Source: the human T2T-CHM13v2.0 reference genome, Homo sapiens. Taken from it: 64,000 bases of DNA. Position 1 is the first letter of the stretch. Each line of letters starts with the position of its first letter. The position numbers and the translations under genes were made by a program. Positions 23,031 to 39,705 of the stretch are shown piece by piece. The notes under the pieces were generated by a model. It worked only from the letters and a program-made list of their open reading frames with translations, had not been told where the DNA came from and made no database searches. The stretch lies in NCBI RefSeq assembly GCF_009914755.1, contig NC_060934.1; one strand, given 5' to 3'.

Positions 23031-23259
23031 TGAGTATGTGACAAACTAATATACTCTGTCATACTAAGAAGCACAATACATATAATTATAAATATATTTC
23101 ATTTTACTGTGCATTCCTTTTGGAACTCCTGTGGTTCCAACTTGGGAGCCTATACAATTTTGCCAGTTTTCTTTGGGATCTTTATGGTATTATCTGATTA
23201 TTCTAAAAGAATAAGAGTTATCACCAGTTTGTCTTCCCACTATTCAAAGCAAACTCTGA

Positions 23260-24162
23260 GGACCAGGCATGGTGGCTCACGCCGGTAATCTTAACTCTTT
23301 GGGAGGTCAAGGTAGGCAGATCCCCTGACCCCAGGAGTTCAAGACCAGCCTGGAAAACATGGTGAAACCCTGTCCTTAACAAAAAAATAACAAAAATTAG
23401 CCAAGCGTGATGGTGCACACCTGTAGTCCCAGCTACTTGGGAGGTGAGGTGGGAGGATTGCTTGAGCCCAGGAGGTTGAGGCTGCAGTGAGCTGAGATCG
23501 CACCACTGTACTACAGCCTGAGCAACAGAGAGAGACCCTGTCTTTAAAAAAAACAAGCAAAATTTGATTATTATTAATTTTAAGGGAAGATGGAACTGAA
23601 AAAAAATAGGCTTCTCAAACCTTTTAAAAGAGATATTATTTAACAGAGGAAAAGATAAATGCAAAGCCTTTTTTCATGGAAAACATAAAATGTATATAAT
23701 AAAAGGGGGAAAATGCCAGAGAAACAACTAAAACAAAAAGTGTACCCTCTGTTTTTTGTCCTTTTCTCCCACTTCAGTTGGGTTATTCTTATTTTTTAAG
23801 ATGTTGGGCCAGACCTGGTGGCTCACACCTGGGAGGCTCACATGTTGGGAGGCCGAGTCAGGAGGATTGCTACGTTGGGAGGCCGAGTCAGGAGGATTGC
23901 TTGAGCTCAGGAGTTCAAGACCAGACTGGACCACATGCCAAAACCCTGTCTCTATAAAAAATACCCAAAAAATTAGCTGGGCACGGTGGCACACCTGTAA
24001 TTCCAGCTATTTGGGAGGCTGAGGTGGGAGGATGACCTGAGCCCAGGATTTCAAGGCTGTAGTGAACAGTAATCGTGCCACTGCACTCCAGAACCTGGGC
24101 AACAGAGCGAGACCCTGTCTCAAAAAAAAAAAAAAAAAAAAAAGAAGAAGAAGAAGAAGAAG
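23260..24162 (+). mobile_element. Two AluJ copies (23260-23555; 23807-24162 with internal 30-bp duplication and (GAA)n tail)
   Basis: Alu consensus. Confidence 0.9.
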
Positions 24163-24518
24163 ATGTAAATATATTAGTACCAAAGTGATACATGCCATGG
24201 ATAATAACAAGAGATTTCTTCACATCTAATTTGGAACATACTCAAATTAGAAATGAATGATTGTTATATCATTTTAAAATTAAAAATATTATTTCTCACT
24301 ACTTCCTAAAAATCATTTAATTTTAAAACCGCCTATGAATCAAATAAATTCATATCAACAAATTACTAAATTTTTGGTATGAAATTTGAAGATAACAGAT
24401 TTATGAAACTTTTAGCAGCAAATCAGTTTCAAAATCAGTACTAGTGAAAGGTGAATTGTACAGAGCAGTAAGACCCAAATATTAAGAACCAAAATAATTA
24501 GCACAGTATGCAATATAA

Positions 24519-24842
<324 letters not shown>

Positions 24843-24984
24843 TAAGAAACTTTACATTTTTTATTTTAATGGCAACTACATTAGTCAGGGATGCTCAATA
24901 TACATAGTAGTATACAATGATATTTAAAATTCAGACTCCCATTAGCACAAAAGGAAGGTATTAAGTCTACTGAACCAATCATCT

Positions 24985-26298
24985 ATCCCAAATGTTGTCT
25001 AGTGTGTTCTGCAGACCCCTGAGGATTCCTAAGACCTTTACAGGGGGTCCACGAGGTCTAAATTATTTTTATAATACTACTAATGTTATTTGCTTTCTTT
25101 CCTGAGTTGACATTTGAATTGAAGGTACAAAAACAAAGGTAAATAAAATTACAATAGCCTCTTAGAGGTAATCAAGGCAATGTCACAGACGATACTAGTA
25201 CTCATTGTGTTCTTTACTGCCAACCATCCACAGAAAAAAAAAGAAAAAGGTTTAAAAAAGCCGGTTTCACTTTAAAATGTTCTTGATGAAGCAGGAAAAT
25301 TTATTAATTCTATTAAATCTTGACCCTTGAGAAAATGTCTTTTAATATTGTATACGACAAAATGGAAGTACACATACAGTACTTCTGCTACATACTAAGT
25401 ATGATGGCTCCTGTTAGGAAAAAGCACTTGTGCAGTTTATTTGCAAGCTGAATAAGCCAATTGTTCATGGAACACCATTATTACTTCAAAAACAACTGAT
25501 AGGTAAACTAAGATTATTTAGACTTGAGCATTTGGCAGACATTTTCCTAAAAATGAATAAAGTAAGCCTAATACTTCAAGGAAAATAACTGGTAATATTT
25601 GTTGCCAATAATAAAATTCAAGCTTTCAAGCAAAAACTGGGATCTTGGAAAACTTGAATCCATCAATGTGAACTTGCAAGCTTTGCAATACTTGAAAATT
25701 CTTCTAGTGAGATCTGTGTTAATATTAGTGATTGCAATTTTTTCACATTGTATAATGAAATGTGTCAACATTCAGAAGGTCTGCATAACTCAGTGAAAAA
25801 TATTTTCCAAATGGCCTATGCAATGTATTTTAAAGTAATGGAGTATAAAATATTTATTGATATAGTTTCAGAGTCCACACTGTAACTAACCTTTAAGAAA
25901 CTACCATCTACCAAGTTTTGTTGTTGTATCAAAGAAAATCATCCACAATTATGTGCACAGCCTATTACAATAGTCCCCCTTTTTCCACTACACAACTGTG
26001 TGAGGACAGATTTCCTTCATATACTTCAACCAAAACAAAATGAACAGATTAACTGCAGAAGCAGATATAAGAATTTTGTTGCCATTTATTTTTCACTGAG
26101 ATGCAATAATGTAAAATAATGTTACTCTTGCCCTAAACATTTTTGTTTTGGAAAACTAAGGTTACATTTTTCATAAAACATTATTTATGTTAATAATAAA
26201 CACATTAGATATCCCTTTAAATGAATGTTTTAAACTGCTCAGTTTTAGTTTTAGTACAGTAAATGCTAACAGATAGAACCCGCCTAAAAAACGTTCTC
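24985..26298. mobile_element. Charlie1a-like hAT DNA transposon
   Basis: cagacccctgaggattcctaagacctttacagggggtccacgaggtc...ttataatactactaatgttatttgc matches the remembered Charlie1 end; about 1.3 kb. Confidence 0.8.
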
Positions 26299-27890
<1,592 letters not shown>

Positions 27891-27920
27891 GTAATAATCA
27901 ATTTTAAAATGACACCCATG

Positions 27921-29178
27921 AGCTGAGCATGGTGGGAGGGGCTTGGGGGGAAAGTCTGTAGACCCAGCTACTCAGGAGGCTGAGATGGGAGGATCGCTTG
28001 ACCCCAGAATTACGAGGACAGCTGGGGAACATAGGAGACCCCAACCCTCATAAAAATTAAAAATAAAATGGCACCCATGTACTCTTTTCTCTATATTGCC
28101 TTATTAAAATAAGAATCTGGGCCGAGCACGGTGGCTCACGCCTGTAATCCCAACATTTTGGGAGGCCGAGATGGGTGGATCACCTGAGGTTGGGAGTTCG
28201 AGACCAGCCTGACCAACATGGAGAAACCCTGTCTCTACTAAAAATACAAAATTAGCCAGGCGTGGTGGCGCATCCCTGTAATCCCAGCTACTCAGGATGC
28301 CGAGGCAGGAGAATTGATTGAACCCAGGAGGCAGAAGTTGAGGTGAGCAGAGATTGTGCCATTATACTCTAGCCTGGGCAACAAGAACGAAACTCTGTCT
28401 CAAAAAAATAAAATAAAATAAGCATCTGTTGTTACAACTCTTAAGTTGCTAATATTTGACGTAGTAGGAAACATCTTTTTCTATATGATATAATATATAC
28501 ATTTCTGATGTTTAAGTGGAGGGCATTAATTTCCCATGGGTTCTGAAAAAGTGCCACACTTGCCTTTCCATAGAAGGAAAAATAAAATGTACCAAATACA
28601 ATTTTGTCAAAGAATGTAGAAATTATTAATAAAAATTAATGATAAAGCATTCAGGAAATGAGTGAATTAAAGGTAAATTGAAGTTTTTCAAAAATGTGTT
28701 TTTGCTGGTCGGGCATGGTGGCTCACGCCTGTAATCCCAACACTTCGGGAGGCCAAGGCAGGAGGATCACTTGAGTCCAGGAGTTCAGGACAAACCTGGG
28801 CAACACGGCAAAATCCCATCTCTACAAAAATTACAAAAAATTAGCTGGGTGTGGTCCCTCATTAACAGATTTTCTTCATAAACACGGGTTCACTACCAAC
28901 TATGTCTGAGAAAGTTTTATTTTGTAGATGGAGAAAATTAGTAGATCCAAAGTTAAAAGTACTTATTTGGATTGACACACAGTAGTCAAATCTCAAGTCT
29001 CCATTCTAAGGGATGGATATTTACTGTTAAAATGACCACGTCAACTATTTCCTTTAAAAACAAAATCGATGGCGTGAACCCGGGAGGCGGAGCTTGCAGT
29101 GAGCCGAGATCACACCACTGCACTCCGGCCTGGGTGACAGAGCGAGACTCCATCTCAAAAAAAAAAAAAAAAAAAAAT
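27921..29178 (+). mobile_element. FLAM (27921-28063), AluSp-like (28120-28420), left-arm Alu (28705-28854), 5'-truncated AluY (29069-29178)
   Basis: Alu consensus; FLAM TSD taaaatgRcacccatg. Confidence 0.85.
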
Positions 29179-29452
29179 CCAGTAATTGCTACTTTCCTAT
29201 TGTCTTATTTCTCAACAATGCCCTTTTTTTTTTTTAAAAAAAATCCCTTTTTTCTAACATGATGTCTTAGTAAATATTAAGATCTACAAAGTTTGTAGTT
29301 CTGGGGTTTGACTATTATTTCTTCTACAATCAAACCATAATTTCAATAAATATTACAATCAACACAAGATGATATTAGGAAAAATATACAACCTCCCAAT
29401 CAAAACTTTGTAAATGCTTCAAAATTAGCATTAACTATCAATTTTACCTTAC

Positions 29453-29764
29453 TTTTTTTTTTTTTTTTTTTTGAGACGGAGTCTCGCTCTGTCACCCAGG
29501 CTGCCAGGCTGGAGTTCAGTGGCACAATCTCAGCTCACTGCAAGCTCCGCCTCCGGGTTCACGCCATTCAGCCGCCTCAGCCTCCCAGGTAGCTGGGACT
29601 ACAGATGCCCGCCACCACACCCAGCTAACTTTGTTTCTGTATTTTTAGTAGAGACGGGGTTTCACCATGTTAGCCAGGATGGTCTCGATCTTCTGACCTC
29701 ATGATCCGCCCGCCTCATCCTCCCAAAGTGCTGGGATTACAGGTGTGAGCCACCACGCCCAGCC
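29453..29764 (-). mobile_element. AluY-like
   Basis: gcaagctccgcctccgggttcacgccattc; TSD tttaccttactttt. Confidence 0.9.
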
Positions 29765-30333
29765 TTTACCTTACTTTTCATGCCAACACTATTTTCATGG
29801 GTTTTATAGATTTATATCTGCACAATATCCTAGAGTTTGATCCAACCTCTTGTCCCAATATGAACACTCTTCCTTTCTGGCTAACATATTTTTGACTGTT
29901 AACTGTCTTAATTCTTAGGACATAATTTCACTGAATATAAATAAGGTTACTGTAAATGGTCACACAGCAGATCCCCAGTTGCCTAAATATCTCCTTTCCA
30001 CAAGGACTATTAGCATTCCTGAGCTATCAGAATCAACTGGAGAACGCAGAAGCACACAAGAAAAATTTGCAAGTATCCTAAGAGATTATTTCAATAATTT
30101 TCTAAGAAAACTCTCCAAAAGACAGAAGCATGCTAAAATTGAGGTTCTAAACAGACCAGGACTAGTCAGAAGTACTACATATAAAGCTGTTATTAGTATT
30201 AAAGCCACAAAAGAAAAAAGAGAAGACATTAGTTTTAATACAAATTTGCAAATATTATATAGTCCTAAAAATATGCAGTATTCTCACCTTGAGAGTATTA
30301 GCAAGAACTGATATATGTGATATGGACTTTCAT

Positions 30334-30419
30334 AAGAACTGATATGCTGGGTTCACAGACTTGGTGTGAAAGAAGAAAAAAAAAAAGGAAAGAAAAGAAA
30401 AAAAAAGAACTGATATGCT
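30334..30419 (+). mobile_element. Very short polyA-tailed retroposed insertion with 15-bp TSD
   Basis: aagaactgatatgct + gggttcacagacttggtgtg + A-rich tail + aagaactgatatgct. Confidence 0.75.
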
Positions 30420-30880
30420 AGGTCAGATCCTGCTCTACCCAGCCCTGTATCACCTTGACACAACAGCATGAATAAACATGTAATGACATGGTATGGGTCG
30501 ATTTAACAATTAACTGAGGATCTTCCATAAAATTATCTAACCTTCTGTTAAATACATTTACATTTCCAACCTACATCTCTAACTTTGCTAGTCACTGTTT
30601 TACTCACACTTCAAAGTGCAATTCTAGGAATTCTAACCATTCCAGTCTATCCTCATCTCCTGAATCACTTTGACTGTTTTTCCCCAAACCTGGTTTGTAT
30701 AGAAATCACATCTACCCAGAATATTTCCACATATTTTTTGTTAATCTCTACAAATGCTTCTTCAAAATTTCTTAGCACAATTGCAACACAGACTAACAAT
30801 AGAAAAAAGACAGGCAAGGATGCAGGAAAAGAAAAAAGGATCCAGGGAGCTCAGTGAAAAGCTAGGCTGTAATTCCTATA

Positions 30881-31095
30881 CAGGTTCAGTATCCCTAATC
30901 TGGAAATCCAAAACCCAAAACTTCTTGAGCATCAACATGACACAAAAATAAATGCTCATTAGACTATTCTGGATTTCAGATTTTCAGATTAGGGAGGCTC
31001 AACCAGTAAGTATATAATGCAAACATTCCAAAATTCAAAAAAAAATCTGAAACATTTCTGGTCCCAAGCATTTTGAATAAAGGATACTTAACCTG
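30881..31095. mobile_element. Tigger4a/MER46 (Zombi) MITE
   Basis: TA|caggttcagtatccct ... aaggatacttaacctg|TA terminal inverted repeats with TA TSD. Confidence 0.88.
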
Positions 31096-31299
31096 TAGTT
31101 GAACACTTCAAATGCCAAAGTTACCATCTTTTGGTGATATAGGCAAGTCCCTAAATTACAAACATATCTCTTCTTATATTCACAACCTGGAAACAATGGT
31201 AAAGAGTTGTTAGGTTCCCAGGCTTGCCCAATACCAGTCTATTCTGTTTATTCCACGGTATTCCTGAACCAGTTTTGAGTTCTAGATTCTTTCATGTGA

Positions 31300-31530
31300 A
31301 AACAGTATGATATGAAAAGAGCACAGCCTATGGAGTCTGCCAGAGTCAGAAGGAAGTCCTGACTGCCAATTACTAACTCTATGACTAAACAAAACTTAAC
31401 TTTTATGAGTCCTAATTTCCTCATATGTAAGACAGCACTGTCTGTCGTGGCGAGTTTGTAAGGATTAAAGATAATACAAAACCAACCAGCAGAGACTGCA
31501 ATGGAGTACGTATTCAATAAATAGAGGCAA
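31300..31530 (+). mobile_element. MIR
   Basis: aagagcacagcctatggagtc...tttcctcatatgtaa...tgtaaggattaaaga. Confidence 0.65.
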
Positions 31531-31598
31531 TTATATTACCCTCTACCCTTCTCTATTACCCTCTGCGCACATTGTTTTTATCCCCTATGTTGCCATAA

Positions 31599-32212
<614 letters not shown>

Positions 32213-32356
32213 ACCCATTCAGGATTAATTAGATGGAATTTGGGATTTGGAATCGAGAAAATCTGGGTTTGATTCCAGGCCCCACCTCATACAAGCTACT
32301 GAACTTTAGGTTGGGTATTTAATACCTCGGAACCTCTAACTGTCCATCTGTTACTC

Positions 32357-32387
<31 letters not shown>

Positions 32388-32960
32388 GACACAGTTTGTA
32401 AACTGGCATAAAGTGTACAGTATCAGAAATGTTAGCTTTTACCTACTCCAAACGGATCCTGCTCAAAAATTACCCACCTTCTGAGATTAAATGTGCTAAT
32501 GAAGCAAATGTCACAGGAGGAGGAAAGCAAGCTGAAGTGAGTAGCTCACAGTAACATACTGGGATGATATCCCCTTCATACTCCTAGGCTTTAGAACATA
32601 CTTGTTAACCCAAATAAAGCTCCTGGTAGAAATCCAGACAAAAAATAAAATTAAATTTTAAAGTTAAGCTGTATGAAGACTTTTCTGTCCTTACCCCCAA
32701 CCTACCAATCTGCATCCTGACAAACCTTCTTAAGCAGTTTCTACTCCTTTTCACTCGGCTTTCCTTCCTATTTCCCAGAATAGTTCCCATAACAAAGGCA
32801 GTATGAACTAACTCTAAGGTAGAGCACAGAGAACTGGCTAAACATGTGTGTTCAAATTAAGCACTGTCCTTGGCATGAAAAATTCAATCTGGTCATAGTA
32901 AAGGAATATGGAAAAGTCTCTTCTGTATGTCTACATAAATGACTATATAAAAACACTTTC

Positions 32961-33801
<841 letters not shown>

Positions 33802-36583
33802 CTGTCCTTTTTAATGTAGTAGAATCTTTTCAGATGTTTTGCTATTAATAATACAACCTACTAGTTAAAAGTCAACAGAACCAAAGAACTAATAAACTGC
33901 CGCAAGAACTTAAATGCACCACAGCCAAAAGAGTTTCTCAGCTACACACCTTAGCTAAACTGGACTGCACTTTCAAACTGTAGAAAAACGAAATGAAAAG
34001 TGAATCTCAGAACAAAAATCACCCAAGCAATAACTTAGCTCACCTTATTTAAAAATTCTCAAAGCACACGTGAACTGCATACTTTCACTGAGAAGAGATA
34101 TATATTTAGGAAGAGTATTAGTTATAAATAACCCAATCAGGTCACAGGAAGGATACAGAAAGACCTCAACAGACACCCTAATGGATATTTCTAATATTAT
34201 TCATTCCCCATTCTTAGCACCAAAGTCAGCAGCACCACCTACCACATCAACTTCCACATCACTTTCTGAGCCTGACCCTGTCTGAGTCCCTTAGGGAGGC
34301 AACTAGTGGCCTGGATCATGCAGCCCAACGTATAAAGGCTACTAAGGTATTTAGATAATCATTGCTTTGCGTGAATTCTTTTTTTTTTTTTCCAATATGA
34401 ACAAAACACCTCACTGGTGTCAGATTTAGGATTATACCCCACCCCGCCCCCACAAAAAAAGAAAAAAAAAAAAAAAAAAAAAAAAAACGGGGCCACTGAC
34501 TGTGGCTATTCGTGCACCATGGCACTAACATTTTATAAAGTGAGAGACTGTATGAAAAATAACATGACTTAATTAGAGATATTAGCAATGAAGTTTTAAA
34601 GTGCTTCAAAGTTACATGATTGTAGCAAGAGGAGTAAAGGAAAGGGGTCAGAGAGGGGTAAAAAAAAAGCATTACAACATACAACTACCTGAAAAAGTAA
34701 TAGTACACAGACAGGTTAAAACACGTTTACAGTTACTAACAGTTGCCAACACATAGTTACCACACTATATACTTGTCAGATTTCCCAACATGCAAAACAA
34801 AAAGGAGCCACCCCTGTATGAAGCACTTATCTACTGACTTCTACAGAGAACACATAACTTTTCTGGAAAGCGAGAAATTAAACTTACTGTGCTCTCCTTT
34901 TGGCTTTCAAAAATCTTTAAAACTTTCAGCAAATTAAGGTTCTCCTCAATTTCAAGGCTTTTCATGTTAAGTTGAATAAAAGTTGCCTATTTTTAATATC
35001 GATAAACTACGAGATCACTTTTATATTTGCAAACCATATCCACATCCCTACTAGATTTTTAAAAGTTTTTCGAAGGGCTAAATATAAAGTTTGCACAAAG
35101 TGATACAGTAGATGTGGCAGGCATTCAACAAGTTCACTTATCAGGAGAATTCCTAAAGTGAAAGCTTGAAAAAAAAATTGTGAAGATAAATTCCGAGTAG
35201 TGCTACTGAAGATACAATGTTACTAACATGAAAACTGAGAAATATTCAAAACATTCTGAAAACAGCATCTCCCTCTAAAAATAAAGAGGGGAAGCATTTG
35301 CCAACACAGAAACATCGGTTCTTAAAAATTATAATCACATGGGAGACATTTCTATAAACAATTTAGTTCTGAATTGCAATAACCCTAACCTTTCAAAGCA
35401 CGTTTTGGCCTTGCCTTACCAAAAGCAAGAGCATTCCTGGTGCCTTTATATTTATACAAAGGACTGTGCTACTTTGTTTCTAGCGCAAACTGTTGGTTTA
35501 CACAGTTAAAGATCTTCAAAACAAACTACCACACACAATTCACTTCCAATCATCCAAAGAGAAACGAACAAACAAGCATCTGTCACAAAGTCCCAAGAGT
35601 TTTCTAATTTACAATAACAGATATTTTTACGTTGTAGTTCAGAGGCTACCTCTGTTCGTTTCTGTATTTGGATTCACATACTATACATTTACTTAGCTTG
35701 TTAAGAGAGAAACCTCAGAAAATAAGCAACCGGCGATGACACCAGTCTATTTTAAGTTACTTATGAAGCCTACAGCTCAAGAACTTTTGGGAGAAGGGAG
35801 GGTAAGCCGTTTTTCCAAGGAGTTAAGAACAATTCGTGTTTGATAATTAATGATAGCAGCCCTAACAACCTCTTAGAATACATTATGGTGGGGCGGAAGT
35901 GAAAACGATGAGAGGGGGAAAAAAATAAAAAAAACCCGACTTGAAAATGGACAAGCAGACAGATTTACAAACCTTCAATTAAAGGAATTTTAAGATGAAC
36001 TTCTCTCAAACGCCCTCCCTCACTCCCCACACCCGCTTCCTCCTCTCCTCCGGGAGGTCGGTGTAATGTGACTCATGACAAATTTTTTTTAAATAAATAA
36101 ATAAATAAAAGACACACCCTCTGGGGGCTGAAACTGACATAATCGCCCCCACCCCACCCTCCGCCGACACACAACACACACCCCGCTGGTCCTCTCCCTT
36201 CTGCGGCTTCAGCCTCGTCCCTGCCCTCTCCTCTCCCCTCTCCCGTCCTGGACCTCCTCTCCCGGCGCAGAGAGGCGGCGCGGCGGCAGCTCGGGGGTAT
36301 TCCGGGACTCCAGCCCTGCGGACTGGAGGCTACCTGGGGGGCGCGCGACCCCGGTGGCCGGGCCCTGGGGGAAGCGGACGCGAGGGGGGCGCCGGGCTGC
36401 GGCAGCGGCGGGCTCCCGGCTCCCTCGCCCATTTTCTCTCTCCCCTTCTATCGGTTTCCACCACCACAGCCACTTCCTGTATCGCAGCCCGACTCCCTCA
36501 GCCCGGCCACTCGCTCTGTCCCCGGTTGGGGCTGGGGTTGGGGCTGCGGTAGGGGCTCGGGTTGGTGGCAGCCGCTGAGGTCA

Positions 36584-36862
<279 letters not shown>

Positions 36863-36990
36863 TCACAGCCCGGATACAAACCGCCTACCCGCCCTCCCGC
36901 CTGGTATTGTGGGACGGCACCTCCTCCCCTTCCTCCTCACTCTCTCCAGCCCCCCTCCACCCCCTTCGTGCAGCCGCCTGAACCTCGTTC

Positions 36991-37000
36991 TCTCGCGAGC
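36991..37000. promoter_or_regulatory. CGCG element (BANP/ZBTB33-type TCTCGCGAGA motif, 9/10 match)
   Basis: TCTCGCGAGC in the CpG island. Confidence 0.6.
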
Positions 37001-37051
37001 GTTTATTTCTCCCACCCCCACGGACCGCGGGATTTTTTTTTTCTTTCGCAC

Positions 37052-37072
37052 TGTCTTCTGGGAATTGTAGTC
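37052..37072 (-). promoter_or_regulatory. ZNF143/THAP11-type SBS motif
   Basis: Minus strand reads GACTACAATTCCCAGAAGACA, matching ACTACAANTCCCAG. Confidence 0.8.
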
Positions 37073-37099
37073 TCTCCTAGGCTAGGCGGCCCGTCCAAA

Positions 37100-37109
37100 G
37101 CGCATGCGC
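37100..37109. promoter_or_regulatory. NRF1 motif
   Basis: Perfect palindrome GCGCATGCGC. Confidence 0.8.
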
Positions 37110-37211
37110 CCAGACACCTCCGAAAACCAACGCGGCAGAGCGCAGAAAGCGGAGACCGAGGGTGGAGGGAGGGGGCGGTGTTGGGGGGAAGTCCGGAGTT
37201 TCCTCACAGCT

Positions 37212-37225
37212 CCGGAAGGTGGCGC
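37212..37225 (+). promoter_or_regulatory. Candidate CTCF motif overlapping an ETS-like CCGGAAG
   Basis: CCGGAAGGTGGCGC versus consensus CCASYAGRKGGCRS, at the upstream edge of the island. Confidence 0.5.
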
Positions 37226-37679
37226 CACAGGGTGATACTGGGGGAATGAAATCGGTTCCCCAAGTTTCATGTGAAACTTGGCAGAACTTGGTTAATTAGG
37301 AAATGTCAGTGAATCAAGGACACCCATTCAGAGAAGGATTAAAAAGGGGACAGAGTACGGAAAACTAGATTTTTACTTCCTCTGCCTTCTTAGAAATAAA
37401 GCGAGTCAGGCTTTACTTTCTGAAGTTCCGCCCCCATCAATTCATTTAAAATTTAGCAAACATTTCTTGATTGCCAGCTGTTTACCAAGCAGCGTACTAG
37501 ACACTGGGGGTACAAGTTGAGTACGAATACTCCGTACCCTTAAAGACTCAATTATAAAATAAACATACATAGCTTGTAGTGCTTTCCTGTCCTAATTTCT
37601 CTTTTCTCTGACTCTCCTTATCATGTAATCTTCCTACACTTTTAAGGTCATGTGCACGTTTTTTTAGGGGTGGGAGTTG

Positions 37680-37970
37680 TTTGCTTGTTTGAGACAGGAT
37701 CTCACTGTTACCCAGCCTGGAGTACAGGGGCACAATCATGGGTCTCTGCAGCCTAGACCTCCTAAAGTCAAGCGATCCTCCTGCCTCAGCCTCCAGAGTA
37801 ACTGGGACTACAAGCGTCGGTCACTACACCTGGCTGAGCTTTTTAATTTTTTATAGCGACAGGGATCAAATTATGTTGCCCTCGCTCGTCTCGAACCCCT
37901 GGCCTCAAGCAATCCTTCTGCCTCAACCTCCCAAACTGCTAGGATTACAATCATGAGCCACCCACCCTGA
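37680..37970 (-). mobile_element. AluJ
   Basis: Diverged Alu consensus. Confidence 0.85.
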
Positions 37971-38366
37971 TCCTTCGTTTTTTGCTCCTGGATTTTTGTT
38001 TTGTTTTGTTTTTATCACCTGCTTTGGAATAGTCTCAAAAGGCCCTATATTTCAAGCTCTTCACTTCAACAGGAACATTAAATGCTTCGGATATAATCAG
38101 CTATGAAAAGTGTTGTCCAAAGACTTTGGACATATGTTCATGTATCTCCATAAAGTCATTTAGAATCAAAATAACTAGGAGTAAAAACATCACTCAACCA
38201 AATTAAAAATTGCCAGCACCAGGTATTTATTGAATATTGCCTTTACTGGGGCCTTATTCAGGGCCCCAGGGAACCAGTTTCCCTCTTCGACCTCTGAAAG
38301 GAAAAACTCAGTTTCCTACTAAAAACGTTAACTTCCCCTTGCCACCAGATTCTCCATCAAGGAATC

Positions 38367-38456
38367 TATCAAAAGATAACTATTATACCTATTCCAGATA
38401 TTATGGAAAGTAATACATTTATTATCTGGAATAGGTGTAATAGTTATCTTTTGATA
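38367..38456. repeat. 34-bp inverted repeat with 22-nt spacer
   Basis: tatcaaaagataactattatacctattccagata / tatctggaataggtgtaatagttatcttttgata; 33 of 34 positions complementary. Confidence 0.95.
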
Positions 38457-38852
38457 TTTATCGTTAACCCAAACACGACTTAATCCAAGTTATTAAAATT
38501 TAATGTATTATTGATCTTGGTCTCTACTTGAGGTTTAACTGTAGAAATCACTCAGTTTGTATATATTCAAATATTGACACATTTCAACAACATTGGGGAA
38601 GTGATTAGGGAGGTGATACTAATTTACTATTTTCAACGTACTGTCCATGCAGTTGAGCAATGAATGAATAATAATAATGATGATGATAAATACAAATAAA
38701 AAGTACTGTCAGATTTCTTCTCACAACTCTGAGAGACAGATAATATAAATATTATTTTCCTTCCTTATCAAATAAGGAAATTTAAGCTTAGATAGGTTAA
38801 GGAGTTTAGCTAAGGGCACTGAAAATGCCGTCAAGTTTCCTAGGTTACTGAT

Positions 38853-39610
<758 letters not shown>

Positions 39611-39705
39611 GTGATCTTTCCAAAATCCAGTGGACAGTGCAAACTTGTACAAATATTTGTGGCTCATGTAAAGTTCACTAAAAGAACTTATCCCTCATGC
39701 CTTAA

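Noticed and set aside
30303-30419. Three aagaactgatat copies as a CRISPR-like repeat-spacer array
   Set aside because: Mammalian context, irregular spacing and an A-tail; a TSD explains it better.
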